In this document: in pieces, positions 1 to 13,753 of the stretch
How positions within the stretch are numbered: position 1 is the stretch's first letter
Layout: every line of letters begins with the position of its first letter
Source: Paraphysomonas bandaiensis
Lineage: Eukaryota; Protista; Chrysophyceae
NCBI GenBank assembly: GCA_965644295.1
Contig: CBFFRP010000431.1
Coordinates: 124,001-188,000, forward strand
Direction of reading: 5' to 3'
DNA: 64,000 bases
Position numbers and translations under genes: made by a program
The notes under the pieces: generated by a model
What the model saw: only the letters and a program-made list of their open reading frames with translations
Databases searched by the model: none
What the model was told of the DNA's origin: nothing

Positions 1-882
1 CTTTTTAGTTGTAACAACCTCTTCCGCTATACGACGAGGAAGAACTTTTGTTACAAAATGTTCCTAATTTAACATTATAAACAGTGTTATTATTAATTCA
101 CAGTATAAACCTGAGCAAGTATTACTGAGGGTTTCATACAAACAAATTACAAGAATATAAGAAGATAATGAAGCTAATGAATAGTGAATTGTTTCTTAAG
201 ACATCAGTGTCGATGATATCTGAAGAGGTTTACTATAGTGATATATATCCAATCGAAGCTTTTACTTATGAATCCCTCACAAGAGACAGACGCGTGATTT
301 TAAATATAGACGAATATATACATACAAAAAAAAACAGCGAAACAGACATTCAAATTAACGCTATACTGCCATACATACAGAGTTGAGACTGGTATACATA
401 CATGTACAGCAGCAGTATATAGCAGAGCTGTCCATGCAACTACCATACATAGGTATGATATGGACACTGGACAGGACATGTTGTGTACATATGGACTACG
501 ACATGACGGTTGGTATACAGCAGTGTAGTATGGCTCCGTCATCGTTTTTTTACGTATATAGTAGGAACGTATGTATGTAAGTGGAGCCTATCGTCGTATG
601 TATGTATGTCTACATATCGCGAAATCATATGTTGATTGATAGGAGACTCGGGGCATCAAATAGGTCTTATTCATACGTAATTTTCACTATCCCGGACGTA
701 CATTATACACTTACTAACACTTACAGTGTATTGTTCATAAGGCTAGTTCGCTTTGTATTGTTTCATTAGGTAATAGTCACTGTATCTCACTTGTGTCCTT
801 AGCAGTTCATTAATATGCATATATGTGTTTGTAGACTTTATTATTGATCGGTATAACTATTAAATAGCCATCAATAATAGTA

Positions 883-1689
883 ATGGAAGACCATGGGAGC
901 GATTTTAGTGACAATGATCTCGACTTTGAAGATTTTTTTGATTTTGCATCGCCCAAGAAGGTTACATATATGCACATTGTGGATAAAACACTATTAATAT
1001 ACTGTATGTCGTACAGAGATCATATAGTGAAGTAGATTGTCCAACTGTCAATCACACTTATGAGGTGCTTCCAGATACTATGTAAGTTTGTGGTTCTATT
1101 GAATTATAAGGTTTAAAGCCTGTTTAGTTCCTCGAATCCCTGCAATCATGAAGACACATCCCCGTGGGAAATTTTCCCTATCGATCAGTGGGCAAAAGTA
1201 CAGATTTTGGGGCGTATTGCGGACTCGCGAAAGGTCTTGACCCCAGAAACTCACCGAACGCGCTCGACAGACGGAATTAATAGCATGAAAGTAGTATATG
1301 ATGCATGTGAGGAGGGCACCAGCTTGAAGAAACGCCGGATGAACGACGACAAGTCGATGTTAAGCTCGGATGCTAGAATAGAACACAACAAAATGCCAGC
1401 TGTAGCGCTTGCTCCTGTTTCTGTTGCATCTCTTTTACGGCAGCCTGAGGCATCTGATGTACCTAGTAGACCGAAGAACATGAAGGAATGGTCACAATTG
1501 TTTAAACAGAGTTCGGAATTGTATTCGGCCATCACTTCAAAGAATGATTCATGTAGAGACTATAAAAAAGCGGAATTAGTGCAAGTGTACATGTTACTGC
1601 AGTCTGCTGGGGAGGCACTTGGAGTGAATGAGATATTAATAGGCCACGTGACTGAGAAACTGAACGTTCTTTTCCCCACTAGGTCATGA
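883..1689 (+). CDS. Hypothetical protein, 3 exons (883-960, 1017-1081, 1128-1689)
   Basis: ATG at 883. GT-AG introns 961-1016 and 1082-1127 join in frame to ORF 1207..1689. No recognisable domain. Confidence 0.55.
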
Positions 1690-2112
1690 CTTTTGACATA
1701 TATATCAGCATCAGTTGAGTAAGCTGGACAGATGAAAATCATTGCACAGCAGTGCGGGATACAGAGTTATTATTGCTGATGCTTTACTTTCACTGATACT
1801 AATAAAAACATTAGAGTGTATTTGTCCTTTGTTCGCACAATTACTACCCGACTTGCGTAACAATTACTTGGTTATAATTGGACTACATATGGGATCTTAC
1901 ATAGTTCCTCTTTGCATTAAGAGATTGAATTATCATGAGCACTATACATTTCACGCTTACTATTCAGTCAGAGAATTTCAGTGAGTAGATGTAGTTTATA
2001 GCACACATACATGTTCATTGTTAGCAATTAACAAGCGAAGTGATTTTCAATAACAATGCAATTAACTGGAACAGCAACAATAGTTGCAATTATACTTGAC
2101 TACAGCGTGCGT

Positions 2113-2284
2113 TAAATAATTGATAATTGCTTGTTACGTAGCCCTGGCACCAATGAACTAAATAAGCTTTTATGCTGACATTAAATTAAAACAACGTAAA
2201 TAATTGATAATTGCTTGTTACGTAGCCCTGGCACCAATGAACTAAATAAGCTTTTATGCTGACATTAAATTAAAACAACGTAAA
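2113..2284. repeat. Exact tandem duplication of an 84-bp unit
   Basis: taaataattgataattgcttgttacgtagccctggcacc...ttaaaacaacg occurs at 2113-2196 and again at 2197-2280, followed by taaa. Confidence 0.95.
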
Positions 2285-2503
2285 CTTCGTTCTCAAATCG
2301 AAATGCTGATGTTAACCTTAATCCTAAAATATGATATTATTATTTTGTAGTCTCGTTAATTCTTGTGATCAATTAATATTTCAATAAGATAATCACATTG
2401 ATGTTGAACAAATATTACGACTAATTCACACGGACTCAGCGCTCCATCACGTTAAATATCGGCGTTCTATGTCTATCATGGACTAAGCCGACAGTTAATA
2501 GTT

Positions 2504-4871
2504 TCACAACTGAGAAGTATTAGTACAACGTACCTCACTTTCTTCCCATAAATTGTTGGATGAGCTCTTCACACTAACACTCACATCATCAGCGAACAAC
2601 GGACGCTCAACAATGAGGTCCGCAGATTTTAGAAGTTCTGTTCCTCCCTTTGTGGAAGTAGGAACGGAGGGGGCTCTTGCCTCTAGTACACCCACTTGAG
2701 GAGATACTCCTGCATTTAGCATGCTTTCGGTTAAAAATATGATGCAGATATTCCTTTTCATACCTGTCTTGTTTTTTCGATGTTTCGTGAAAAGTTGGAA
2801 GTCGAACAAGCTTGGGGCTTCCATTTCTAAACGCGAGGTGCTTTTAGGTAATGCTATCTCTTCACTTCCATCATTTTCAGTGAACGTGCTAGCTTGGGTT
2901 CTGGACACTGTAGGAGAGCTACAGATGCTATCATCCAGACGGTCGGGATCGCACATACTCAACCCTTCAGATTCCTCACATCCTGAGCTGTACCGTACAC
3001 AGCCGCTGCTTTCATCGCCCCTACAATCTTTTTCACTTATATCTAACATTACTGGAGGAAATGACTTCTGTCCGTCAGCTTTGACATTCACTTCAACGGG
3101 CCCCTCCGCTCTCCCCACTTGGCCATCCGTAATATCTCCCGATGTCGGAGCAGCAGGAGGCAGAGAAGATGCTGCCTTCAGTGTCCGTACCTCCTCTCTT
3201 AAAGCCTCTACCTCTCTTTCTAATTCCGCAATGCGCGATTGTTGCGATGTGTGTACCGCTATGGGAACACAAGCACCCTCTCCATGGTCTTCACTTACAT
3301 TTCCTTTGCCACCACTACGAGCCCCATCGGAATCTACACTCTCACGCAGCTCAGCCATTGATTCCATAGAATGTCTAGGGCCAATCAATGACGAAAAGCA
3401 GAGGTCTCTCGGTTGTGGCGTATCTGCCGCGGACGTCTCACACACACTTGAGTGGTCATTTGTCAATATCGGTACCTCTCGTCGTTGTCTTTGGGGAGCA
3501 GAGGAGAGTACACGATAACTAGGAGATTCCCCTACAGTCGCGACTGTAGGGCTAAGACTAGAAGGAGATCTATCATAGCGCCTTGATGAATAGCTGTTTT
3601 CAAAGGCAGCAATTGCCTTGAATTTACACACAACGGACTCAGCAACACCCGGTCCAGCATTGTTATGTGCCATCAAATCAGTCATACATTCGAGGCCAAC
3701 GCATGCTCCTCTCCCGTCCCCACCATTTCCATTCATATTAGACACTTCATAAAAAAAAACACCATAGTTTGTAAATACTCCCAGTAGAAATACCCCAGTG
3801 TCTGTCCACACCCTCTCTAAGACATGTTCGCTCTTCAAAAACCTGATACAAGCGCCCCACACCAGGGGGTTCCGAGGAATAGAAGTGGGATCCGGATCAG
3901 TCAAACTAGTTGATGGAGGTCGTACCCACGCACCGACGACAGGAGTCGACATAGTAGATGTGCTTCGGCTGTCCCACTCAAGGAGTGGAACGGCTCTCCT
4001 GGCTGCAGTCAGTGTCAGATATCCCATACAGTGTGGGAGTGGACCTGGTGTAGAGTTCATCAGGGCGACGGCAAGTGGGGTAGACTCAATCGGAAGTGCT
4101 GGTATCTGTACCAAACGCAGAGTGGCATTAGGAAGAGTAGCTTCCAATCGTAACGTTACTCCTGATGAAGTTGAGCGCAGACGGCCAGCTGCTCTTATCC
4201 GCACACATGATCGTAAATTAAACTCACGTGCTAGTCGCAGCCCTTTGTCAAGGTTTTCCACTAGATTTCTGAACAGGGTTATAAGCAAATTCCCAACAAA
4301 CTAGTTCTACAATCCTACCTGGTACGCTGTTCATCAAATGCGAGAGATGGGTCATCAGTGCTCCGCATAGAAAGAGGTATCCGGAGTGTGCAATTAGACT
4401 CTGTCTTTGGTACTCCGGCATCCCCTGAGCTAACGCGAACTACTTCCAGACCGTATTGCTCTGGCACAGATTTCAGCGTTGACCAGTGATTGACTGGCAA
4501 TCTGTGACGCTCTAGCACAGTCATATTGCTCACAAGGTTTACTAAGCACTCTATGTCACCGTAATTGTTGGCCTGAGTAACGAAATCGTGAACAATATGC
4601 GGAGCTATATATAGATAGGGCAGCACATCAGAGGGATGTAAATAAAATATTTTACTGCACACTGATCGATTCCTACAAGAAGTAATGTAAAATATATGAT
4701 TAGAATAACGTATATACCATACCATAGTTTGGAGCGGTATTGAGGGAATGATATACGATTGCTATGACGAGATATGACAGGGTCTCTGCTCTCTTGCTTC
4801 TCAATGACAGTTGAATCCTCCTCTGAGAAGTAAGAGGATTTTTGCCGATTATTAGTTGTTTTATTTTGCAT
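2504..4871 (-). CDS. STIL: STIL (SCL-interrupting locus)-like centriolar protein with STIL N-terminal domain and coiled coil; multi-exon, 3' end uncertain
   Basis: The spliced N-terminus FPQYRSKLWNRSVCSKIFYLHP and the blocks IPALPIESTPLAVAL, GYLTLTAARRAVPLLEWD, PVVGAWV and NPLVWGACIRFL..VLERVW..GVFLL..FYEV parallel metazoan STIL_N (GYLTMDETRKLLLL..D, PLVGIW, PQVWACCLRY, ERVF, FYE). Coiled coil RIAELEREVEALREEVRTLK. Introns near 4672-4722 and 4270-4319. Confidence 0.75.
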
Positions 4872-5410
4872 ATTTTCCGTGTATATATAGGTATGTATAT
4901 GGTGTGAGGTATATGTATATGTAGAGCTATGACACCTTCACTGACTGATAAACTCCTGCTATTCTAAGTCAGTTATAGAGGGCTTGTATAGATACATGTC
5001 CACGAAGTGTCTGAAGTGAGGAAACTGCTTGTTTAAGACTAACGATATGCGGTAGATGGATAGACTGTGCTGTATGCTGCACTGATCTGCTGAATCTGGC
5101 TATAGTGTACAGCCGTATACGGGGTATATATACCGCACACTATAATTCCAGTGTGTAATAATTCCTAGTAAAGTATTACACGTATACATATATATACTGC
5201 TGTAGATAGCATCCCCCCGTGTTGTCCACTGTATGTACGTATGACCCTACTATACGGCTGTATACAGCAGCTGTCGAGACCAATCATGTACATTCTATTC
5301 TTCATCTACTCGACATGCATATGGAGCATATGTCGATCTGACCATATTAATAAGCCAGTCAATACACTCATCATGATAGATATAAATAACTAATCAACAC
5401 ATAGCTTATC

Positions 5411-7206
5411 ATGCCTGAACTATTCACTCCAAAAGCACTAGGATGCTTAGTAACAGGAGACGACATCCCTCGTGTATTTACCTCTATATGCGTATATGGG
5501 GCAGAGATTGGATATGGAGCATGCTGTGCCTCTATTGCTCTATCTATTCCTATTATCTTTACTAGATATAGCTTATCTCCTGTGTCACTTGGGTCGTTGT
5601 TTTTGTGTGCAGGTGTGGGGTATATTATAGGCTTAGTAATCTCTACAAGGACTATTGAACACTTGTCTTTGCCCATATCGAAAACTGGTATTGTATGCCT
5701 CTCTGTTCTCGCATCGGCTATATTTGTTCTATGCTCAGCATTCGCAGCCAACGTCTATGTACTGAACGTTCTGGTGTTAGCACAGTTCATTGGGTTTGGG
5801 TGCGTGGAATATTTTGGTACCATAGTGCTACTTGAGATGTGGGGACAGCGGATACAACCTTGGCTTCAGGCGAAGCATGCATTACGAGCAGTAGGAGGAG
5901 TTATACCGAGTACGTTCCATTCATCTGGAAGTATAAGAAGCATGTGCATTGCATCTGCTGTTGTATGCGTTCTTGCATTGATGGGTGTTTTGTGTGACTG
6001 GGGATATTTGGCTGTGGTACGTTACAAGACAAGTCGGAGCAGTACAATAATTGCTGAGTCCACATCATTGCTTGGACAAAGTAGTAGTAGATCGCGAGAG
6101 CGGATAAAGATACCCTCTATATGTGAGGAGGACTACATGGCAGCCGAATATGTTTTGTTGGAGAGCACATTGGACCAGGCCACAAGTGTACAATTGGGAA
6201 ATAAGCTCACGGAGCTGGTAACCCATGTCCTGGATGCAACTGAATACTGCAATGTTACACAGAAGCAGAGAAATGACCCATTTTATGAACCAAGCATTGT
6301 CAAGACCCTTTGTTATGCAACCCCAGCCGTCGTAGCCAGTATGCAGCGTAGTTTGAGTAGCCGACCAGTAGCATTAATACCGCTAACGGCTGTGGTCATG
6401 CTAGCGTGTCTCTGTTGTGTATGTGTAGCTGTGGGGGAGTCTTATACGGCCTGGACTCTTTATTTTCTAATACAGCGGGACCAAGTGGAAGATGAGCACC
6501 ACTGTGTGATCTTGCGAGTCTACTACATTGCCAGTACACTGGCTTGCTGTCTTAGTGCTCCTCTGACTGTGCGTGTTTCTGCATCCGCCCTACTGAGGGG
6601 ACTTCTCGCGACAACCCTACTTACAATTATTCTTGGGTTTACATTAAATAAGTCTTTGATCAGCGTATTGTGTGTGACAGCTTTGCTAGGATGGTCTATT
6701 GGTCCAATGATTCCACTTCTTATTGCTGTTGTAAATGACTATGGATACTCAATGTGCGTACACCCATTAGTGTACACTATATTATGAATGTACTTTGTTA
6801 ACTACGCATGCTTCCTGAATTCTCTCTTATTTGTGCTCTATATTTACCACATTACCATAATTACGATACGTTTGCTCCGTAACAATTGAATGACAGGGAC
6901 GCATTGGCAGTTCGGGCAGTATTGATGGGGGCAGGTATCGGGTTGGGCTTCGCACCATTTGTAATTGGATTCATAGTTACTTACCTCGGTCATAACAGCA
7001 TACCATTAGCGTATGCTGTACTGGTTGCGAGTCTCATAGTATCATACGCAGGGTTTCACTTTTATCTGTTACGACAGAAAAGCGTATCCGCTCAGCCATT
7101 CCATATAGATAATTCTGGTCGATTTAACTCATATCAACGAGCACAATCTATACTATTCGATAACAGGAGAGGTCATACAACACGCACTGCCTGGAGAATG
7201 TTATAA
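5411..7206 (+). CDS. Major facilitator superfamily transporter (MFSD4/FucP-like), 2 exons
   Basis: Two bundles of hydrophobic helices separated by a long loop. Motif EMWGQRIQPWLQAKH. Intron 6754-6896 joins ORFs 5411..6787 and 6886..7206 in frame. Confidence 0.7.
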
Positions 7207-7899
7207 TCTCTACAGCTAAACTTTTGACAATTGTATCTAGTCACCTACAAACTTTTGTGTCATTTTGTTATTATTTAATATTTTGTGCTAATTTTGTTCA
7301 CTTTTGTGCTCCCATTGGCTTCACGTTATATACAATGATAATAATGAATTGAGAGTATGCGACTCGAACTTTTATATCGGAGTTGACAGTCGAAAGTCGA
7401 AAATATGTGTATTGTAATAAAGGTGATTGGGTTGAGCTTTGTAAAACTTTGGTACTTGCGTACTAGTATTGGAAGGTATGTAAAATATTACTCTACACGT
7501 GATATCTTCAGCATATACAACATATAACAGTACATGAGGTGACAGTATAAGTATATTCATGGTAATATGAGATACACTGTAAATTTGTAGCAGGCAGATG
7601 TAAAGGAGAATTAGTTTAATGTGCATGAATATGATGTGAAGTTGTTATAATAGCATAACGTTTTGGAAGTAAACATAATAATTTATAGCACTACAAAGCA
7701 AGCGTAGGGCTAACATTGTAAGAGCTTACCTTGAGTTAGTGAAAAAATCACACATTCACAGACCCATGACCCATGATTAATGATTACTAGCATTAAATAG
7801 GTATCGTTTGTTTGTTAAGTTCCAACCTGTAATCAATTCAGAACTTCTAATATTATGAATCTGCTGTATATTCTAATAGAGATCTCACACTGTCCGCAC

Positions 7900-8400
7900 A
7901 TTATCAACAGAATATCAAAACATTCTCAGTGAAAATCTCCATGAATGTATTGTCAGTTGAGGGTTCAAGTTATACCCCACAGTGTCTGGTGGCAAATGAG
8001 ATGACGAAACCTCACGCCGAGCACATTTCTGTTTTATATTTGTTCCATGTTATATTTATTGGCCAACGTTCTCTACACAGAAATGCATTTCTTGTTTGGT
8101 TTTTGTGAACGAGTATCACTTGGCTATAATAAGAGGCCTTGCTTGGTTGAATGATTTTATAAGTAATTCTAGAATCGGATGAGCCTGTTGAGTTCTGCTC
8201 TTTGTGAGCAATTGAAAGCTGTAGATATAAGGTATCTAACTTATAACTTGTAGTATCATTTAGAGTAAAGTGTTGTTCAGTTAGGTCATTTTCTAATAGG
8301 GTCCACACAGTATGTTAGACAATAGAAGAAGGGGATGCTGCTAGGAAGAGTTATCAGGTTCAAGAAGTGCTTGAAGCAAGGAGTGCTTCCTCTCAAAAAG
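7900..8400 (-). mobile_element. Degenerate Ty3/Gypsy LTR-retrotransposon reverse transcriptase fragment
   Basis: Frameshifted pieces RAELNRLI / IIQPSKASYYSQVILV / KPNKK..FCVE resemble the Gypsy RT N-terminal block (IIxPSxSxYxSxVxLVxKxxxxWRFCVD). Contains stops and frameshifts; boundaries approximate. Confidence 0.55.
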
Positions 8401-9759
8401 CTTTAAATAGTAAACATCGACGCGATACTCGGGTGTCCTATTATATTAACATCTATTGTATATATGACTGTGAATATTATTTACATATAGCAGGTGTATG
8501 TGTTGTCGGCTTAACTGTAGTATTATTCTAAAATAATAAACAATATTATTTACACTGCTCAAAGATATCTACACCAGGTTTTATACAATATACAGGTCTA
8601 GGTACTACCCCAATTTGTTGTAGAGTTTAATTTTACAACCATTGTTTTACCCTTTCTTTAATGGTCATTTCGTAGGACTCATTCATTTCAAGAGAGTTTG
8701 CAATAAAATTTTTATTTCGAACGCCCTTTTTTGACTCCTTCCATGATTTATTCTTATGGTTGACCCTCGAGCAAGATTTGACATTCCAGTTACCCTTGTG
8801 ACCCACACATTCAACAAGCTTCTTTCGAACCTGGTAGAATTTCGTACGCATTGACAAGCACGAGGACATTTTGAGGCTTCGTGGACTATGTTGTATATTG
8901 CAATTAGACAAACATTTATTGGCCTTCTTAATGACCATCCTGCTACCATATATCCAACTGGTAAGAAAATATCAAAGTGAAGCGTCTCTAGACACAGGGG
9001 TTACTAACAATGACAATATGAGCTGAAGTGTGGCTAATATATCAGTAGATAGATAGAATGTAGTATTACATTATTGTAATGTGAGAATATGTAACCGTTT
9101 TCCATCTCATTATATGCAACCAGAGCATGGTGGGCAAACCTATCCACCACATCGTGTCAAGCTGAGACGATTTAGCTTCTCTCAGAGCATATTAGTGAAA
9201 TCCAAGTATCATGTAAGAAATGAACATTGAGATGTCTTAGACCTATACGAACAAGTGTCGAATACCTCAACGGATGCCCCGCCTTCTTAATTAGTAGACG
9301 TAGAGAGGTATGTATGGGATTCACGACAGTATGTCTGTGTGCAACTATAATTCAACCCATAGATGAATAGACATGAATTCTTAATAGGTCATAATATCAA
9401 GTACAGGAAATAGACAGCCTATGAATGGAACGGTCATGGATATGTGATGGATAGCAGACAGATACATACAGCAGCAGTGGAGATGTGGATATCTTCGCTT
9501 GTTGTCTGTCGTGTGAGTGTTGTTCTGGAATTTTCAGGAAGTATTATCAGAAACCCAAATAACCTAGAAATTTGACCTCCAAAACTAAGAAATTATAGAT
9601 AGTTTATCAAAATACCTCAATTTCTAGACTAAGATGCACACATACTCTGTACACACCACAGTACATACATATACAGGCAGGTGTACTGTCAGTAATTTAA
9701 ATATGCAGGGTGGTCAATTCCTCATCATTACCATCAATTACTTGAATTAGATATTAATA

Positions 9760-12257
9760 ATGGATGATTTTTTATCAGAAGCTACAGCAAAAGGTCTTCA
9801 TGTTGTGGATAACAATAAACTAAGTGAAAGTTATGCGGATTATGATCAAATATTGAGAGAAACAGAACGATTATGTGAGATAGAAGATCCTGAAGAAACA
9901 CCATATAAATCAAAGTATGAAGCAAGAGATTTATTAGATTCTCTTTGCAATCGAATGGAAGCGAATAGAACAATTGCTTCATTAGAAAAAAATGGTGATA
10001 TGGTGAAAGAATTGAATTGGCGTATAGCGGCTGTGAGAGTGCGTATAGCGAGTATTGCTTGGGAGGTTGAGGAACCTCATAATACGCAAGTTGAGTTAGA
10101 ACTTGCTGCGGTATGTCAAACTATATAATATTATAGTGGTATATGTTTGATTTGTGTTTCATTTTGCAGGAGTTTTATGCACCTGGAGTGGTCAGCACCA
10201 TCAATGAAATGTCCGGAGAGGTGGAATCTGAGGCTTCAAAACAGGTAGATGACAGCATTCGCCCCCCTGAGGTGGAAGTGAAGGATGCAAGTCTCTGCGC
10301 TGATACGATGAAGTGTTTTAATTTGATGGGTATTTTGTGGGCGGGTCGAGACCATCTGAAGAGGTAATTGTTTTAGATGCCGTGGTGATTTCGAATGAGT
10401 GATCTGCTTCCAACGTAGGTCTTTTCTGTATTTATTAGCAGCTAAAGAGTACTACGACCGATGCTCTGGTGTTGATATTTCTACAGCGGTGCGAGTGGAG
10501 TTAGAGTCGACCCTTACTCACAACCTTTTCTACCTTGCACAAGCGTATGGTAACATCGGCAACGCTACACTCTCTTCCCTGTACTGCCATATGGTAGAGT
10601 CGATTAATTACTCCATTTTTTCTTTAACATGCTTTGAGGCAGACCCTACAAAGACAGCTGAATGCGGGCCTTAAGGACACAAAGTCTGCGATTGAGTGGT
10701 GCAAGAACTGCATGGGGATGGCAGATTTCCATATCGCACTACTGGTACGAATTATATTTTACCCATCCTTCCGTATGGAATCTCATTTTACTACGCTTTG
10801 TGCCACTTTACTCCTTGTGTATCATAGAGCTTTCATCGAGCAGCTCATGCATTGGGTGCAACTGAAGTGATCCTCAGCCGCGAACTCGGGGATGCCGAGT
10901 CGACAGGTACTATCGAGGAAAAAGGGGAAGATCAGCCCAGCCTCACCCAAGATGACCGCGATAAAATTGGAGAGATTAAGGTGGGTAGTAACTGCTATGC
11001 TCCGCTTGTGAATATCTACTGTGTTCATGAACTACGCACGTATACTTGCTACCTTTTCAGGGTATACTTGTGATTAATTTTATATGCTGTGGTTGCTTGT
11101 GCTATTGCCCAGATGGATCTTAACCGGCGCTGGATCACACTCGACACGGCAGTGTTGAAGCGTGCATACGAAGAACAATTTTACGAAAACGAGGAGGACC
11201 AAAAGCCAACTGTGTTTGGGTTCGACAAAAATGCTCCTGAATTAGATGGATGTATTTTTCAATCTCTTGATGTGCCTGTGGTGCCTCTCCTCGGGAAAGG
11301 GGAAGTGAAAACATTTGATGACGCCAGAGCTGTGTACCTGCGATGCGCTGCTCGATTGGAGACTGCTAAGAAGAATTTCCCTATTGACGGTACTATGATA
11401 TATGATTTAATATGATTATGCAAGTATTTGACACTATAAGTAATATACCATTTGTGTACTAATAGGATTTGTCACCGACCATGTGACTCTTCTACGGCAG
11501 CACAGTCAGCTGTATCACTACCTTGCAGGTTTCGAGTCCGATATTAAGCGCAAGCTTGCAATGGAGATCCGTCGTGCAGACCTATTGAAGGCCCTCCCGA
11601 ATTCTCTCAGTCGAAATGCATTCGAGGGCCTCGTCAAGGGCGTGTCGTATGAACTGGGAGAAATCTACATGAATGCACTTGAACTCAAAACCCAGAAAAT
11701 ATTGAGCAAAACATCAATAGAAAGTATGAAGGCCGTTGATCGAGAAAAGTGCAATGAGTACATTGCTTGTAGTATCGCGATGTTTTTGAACTTTATCAGT
11801 TTTTATATTAAATCTGGTGATGGACCACCAAGGTCTGGGGAAATCTTTTCCTCTATGCAATTGACTGAATTGATGCAGTTTCCTTTTTTGCAGCCTTCAT
11901 ATGGTACGTACGTCGTGTATGTGATACCCATGCTAATACCGTACACGTGTATCATCATTAGATTTAGTGGCGGAGGAAGAGGTCAGACCACTTCTTAATT
12001 CCCACTTTTTCATATGTAGACTCCTGTCCAAGGTTATTCCCAATCCAAAGAGCACTCCTGCGGAGAAGACCAAGCCCATGGTGGCTGCTCTCAAGCGATA
12101 TCAGTGGCTAAAGGATGCAGCGCCCGAAATTTGTGAAAAGAAAGGTACAAGCGTCAGTGATATCTTTCATGACGAGATTCGAATATGCGAAGAGATGACC
12201 GCCCTATTGCCACCGAAGATAGATAGAATGCATTACTTGGGAGAAGGGGGGCTATAA
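9760..12257 (+). CDS. KIFBP: KIF-binding protein (KBP/KIFBP) homologue, about 8 exons
   Basis: PYKSKYEAR, THNLFYLAQAYG, YCH-QTLQRQL, EWCKNC, TFDDARAVYL, and F.IDGFVTDHV..LRQHSQLYHYLAGFE...RKLAMEIRRADLL are characteristic KBP blocks. Consistent GT-AG introns. Confidence 0.88.
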
Positions 12258-12374
12258 TTACCTAATACAATTCTAATTTTGAACTTTGTGCATGCTGCTG
12301 CACACTGTAGCTTACTTTTGTGAGCAGATACATAGTTCAAATAATATCCTGTTTGGCGCTTAGTACTCGGTGCA

Positions 12375-12672
12375 GTAGTGAATGTCTTATTATTAGTAAC
12401 AGGCGTTTGAAAGTCAGTACTTAACTTTGATACCTACTATTTAACTATTTAACACCACGAAAGCTATTTGTGCGTCACTGCAAGCACCAAGGTGCAACCA
12501 CTTTCGCTCTATCACTCAAAACAAACGCAGCGAGCAAGCAGAATCTTGATATACCTGCGTTCTCATCTGCTGACTTCATATTATTATTGAGTCCTTAATG
12601 GGAGCAGCTCGGATGCTTGACTTTATAGTGAATGTCTGATTATTAGCAATAGGCGTGTAAGAGTCAGAACTA
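12375..12672. repeat. Interspersed repeat family, copy 1 (with a partial internal re-start at about 12626)
   Basis: Shares gtagtgaatg..ttattagtaacag..aagtcagtact, gcaccaaggtgcaacca, ctatcactcaaa, gatatacctg and tctgctgacttca with 13111-13400 and 27533-27860. Confidence 0.85.
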
Positions 12673-13110
12673 GTGTTGAAAAACAAGTTAACTAGCTAGT
12701 GCGTAACTATGACATACACATGCATGCGTTTGCTGCAAATTAACGACAAATCTTGAGCATATATAAATTTCACCTAATCTCATAGTTTATTACAGACAAT
12801 ACCATCTAGTTCTCATTATTGCTTGCGCTTGTAACAGAAGAGCAATAACTGTACATACAATGAATAAACTGATTATTACCCAACAGCCCTATAGTAGTAC
12901 TCCAGCTCCACACTCTACTACTCTAGTACCACTACTTATTACCAGATACTAGCCGGGGGTCTCTGGAGCTTAAAGTCACTTCTGATGCATTTCTCTTTTT
13001 ATCACGACTGAGAGCATTGCGCAGTAAGTCGAGCTTATCCACTACCTCATCTGCATGGTCTTCTTTTTCCATTTCAAACACGGTTTCATGATGTAAATCA
13101 GCACATAAAT

Positions 13111-13400
13111 CCTACTATTTTCTGCTACGAAAGCTGCTTGTGCGTCACCGCAAGCACCAAGGTGCAACCATCTCCGCTCTATCACTCAAAGCTCAAAGCA
13201 AAATCTTGATATACCTGACATCTGCTGACTTCAGGATTATTGAGTCCTTACGGTGACCTAGCCCGGATGCTTGACTTTATCAGGCAGCCCAACACCCAGG
13301 ATGCCCTTGTGGAGGGCCCATTCCCGGATGCCTGTTTATTTGTCAAGGCCCAAAGATCCTACACAAGTGACACTTATTGGTGTCTCTTTCATCACACATT
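13111..13400. repeat. Interspersed repeat family, copy 2
   Basis: Aligns by eye with copies 1 and 3, including ggatgccctt..gggcccattccc and acacaagtgacacttatt shared with copy 3. Confidence 0.85.
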
Positions 13401-13753
13401 CATCGGTTAGAATGGTGACTATTAAATTAGTGGTTCTAGTTTTTGTATTGCATTAGTATTATGTATATGAAATACTTTCCATTGAATACCACTGTTGAGT
13501 GTGTACCTACTAAGAACTAGTTAATAAAGCTAAAATATATGCTCAATTTAATCTAGATAATGCATTCTGACGTAGAATTACCTCTGCATTAGTGTTGGTG
13601 AGAAATCATAATTTTTGGAAAAACCTACATTTTACTAACTTGTACATCATAGTAATTGAGAACTAGTACTCGGTTCCATAGCACATACACGTATTTCTTG
13701 GGCATCTTATCTCATAAAAATGCACACTATGACAACAGATTTTCATAGAACAG

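Noticed and set aside
168-386. 72-aa ORF at the window start
   Set aside because: Could be a terminal exon or noise, with no recognisable motif.
2721-4304. Long + strand ORFs (265 aa, 168 aa)
   Set aside because: Antisense shadows of the STIL-like gene, with no independent motifs.
12375-13400. Repeats as a possible CRISPR array
   Set aside because: Long diverged copies with no short repeat-spacer periodicity, no cas genes, and a eukaryotic context.
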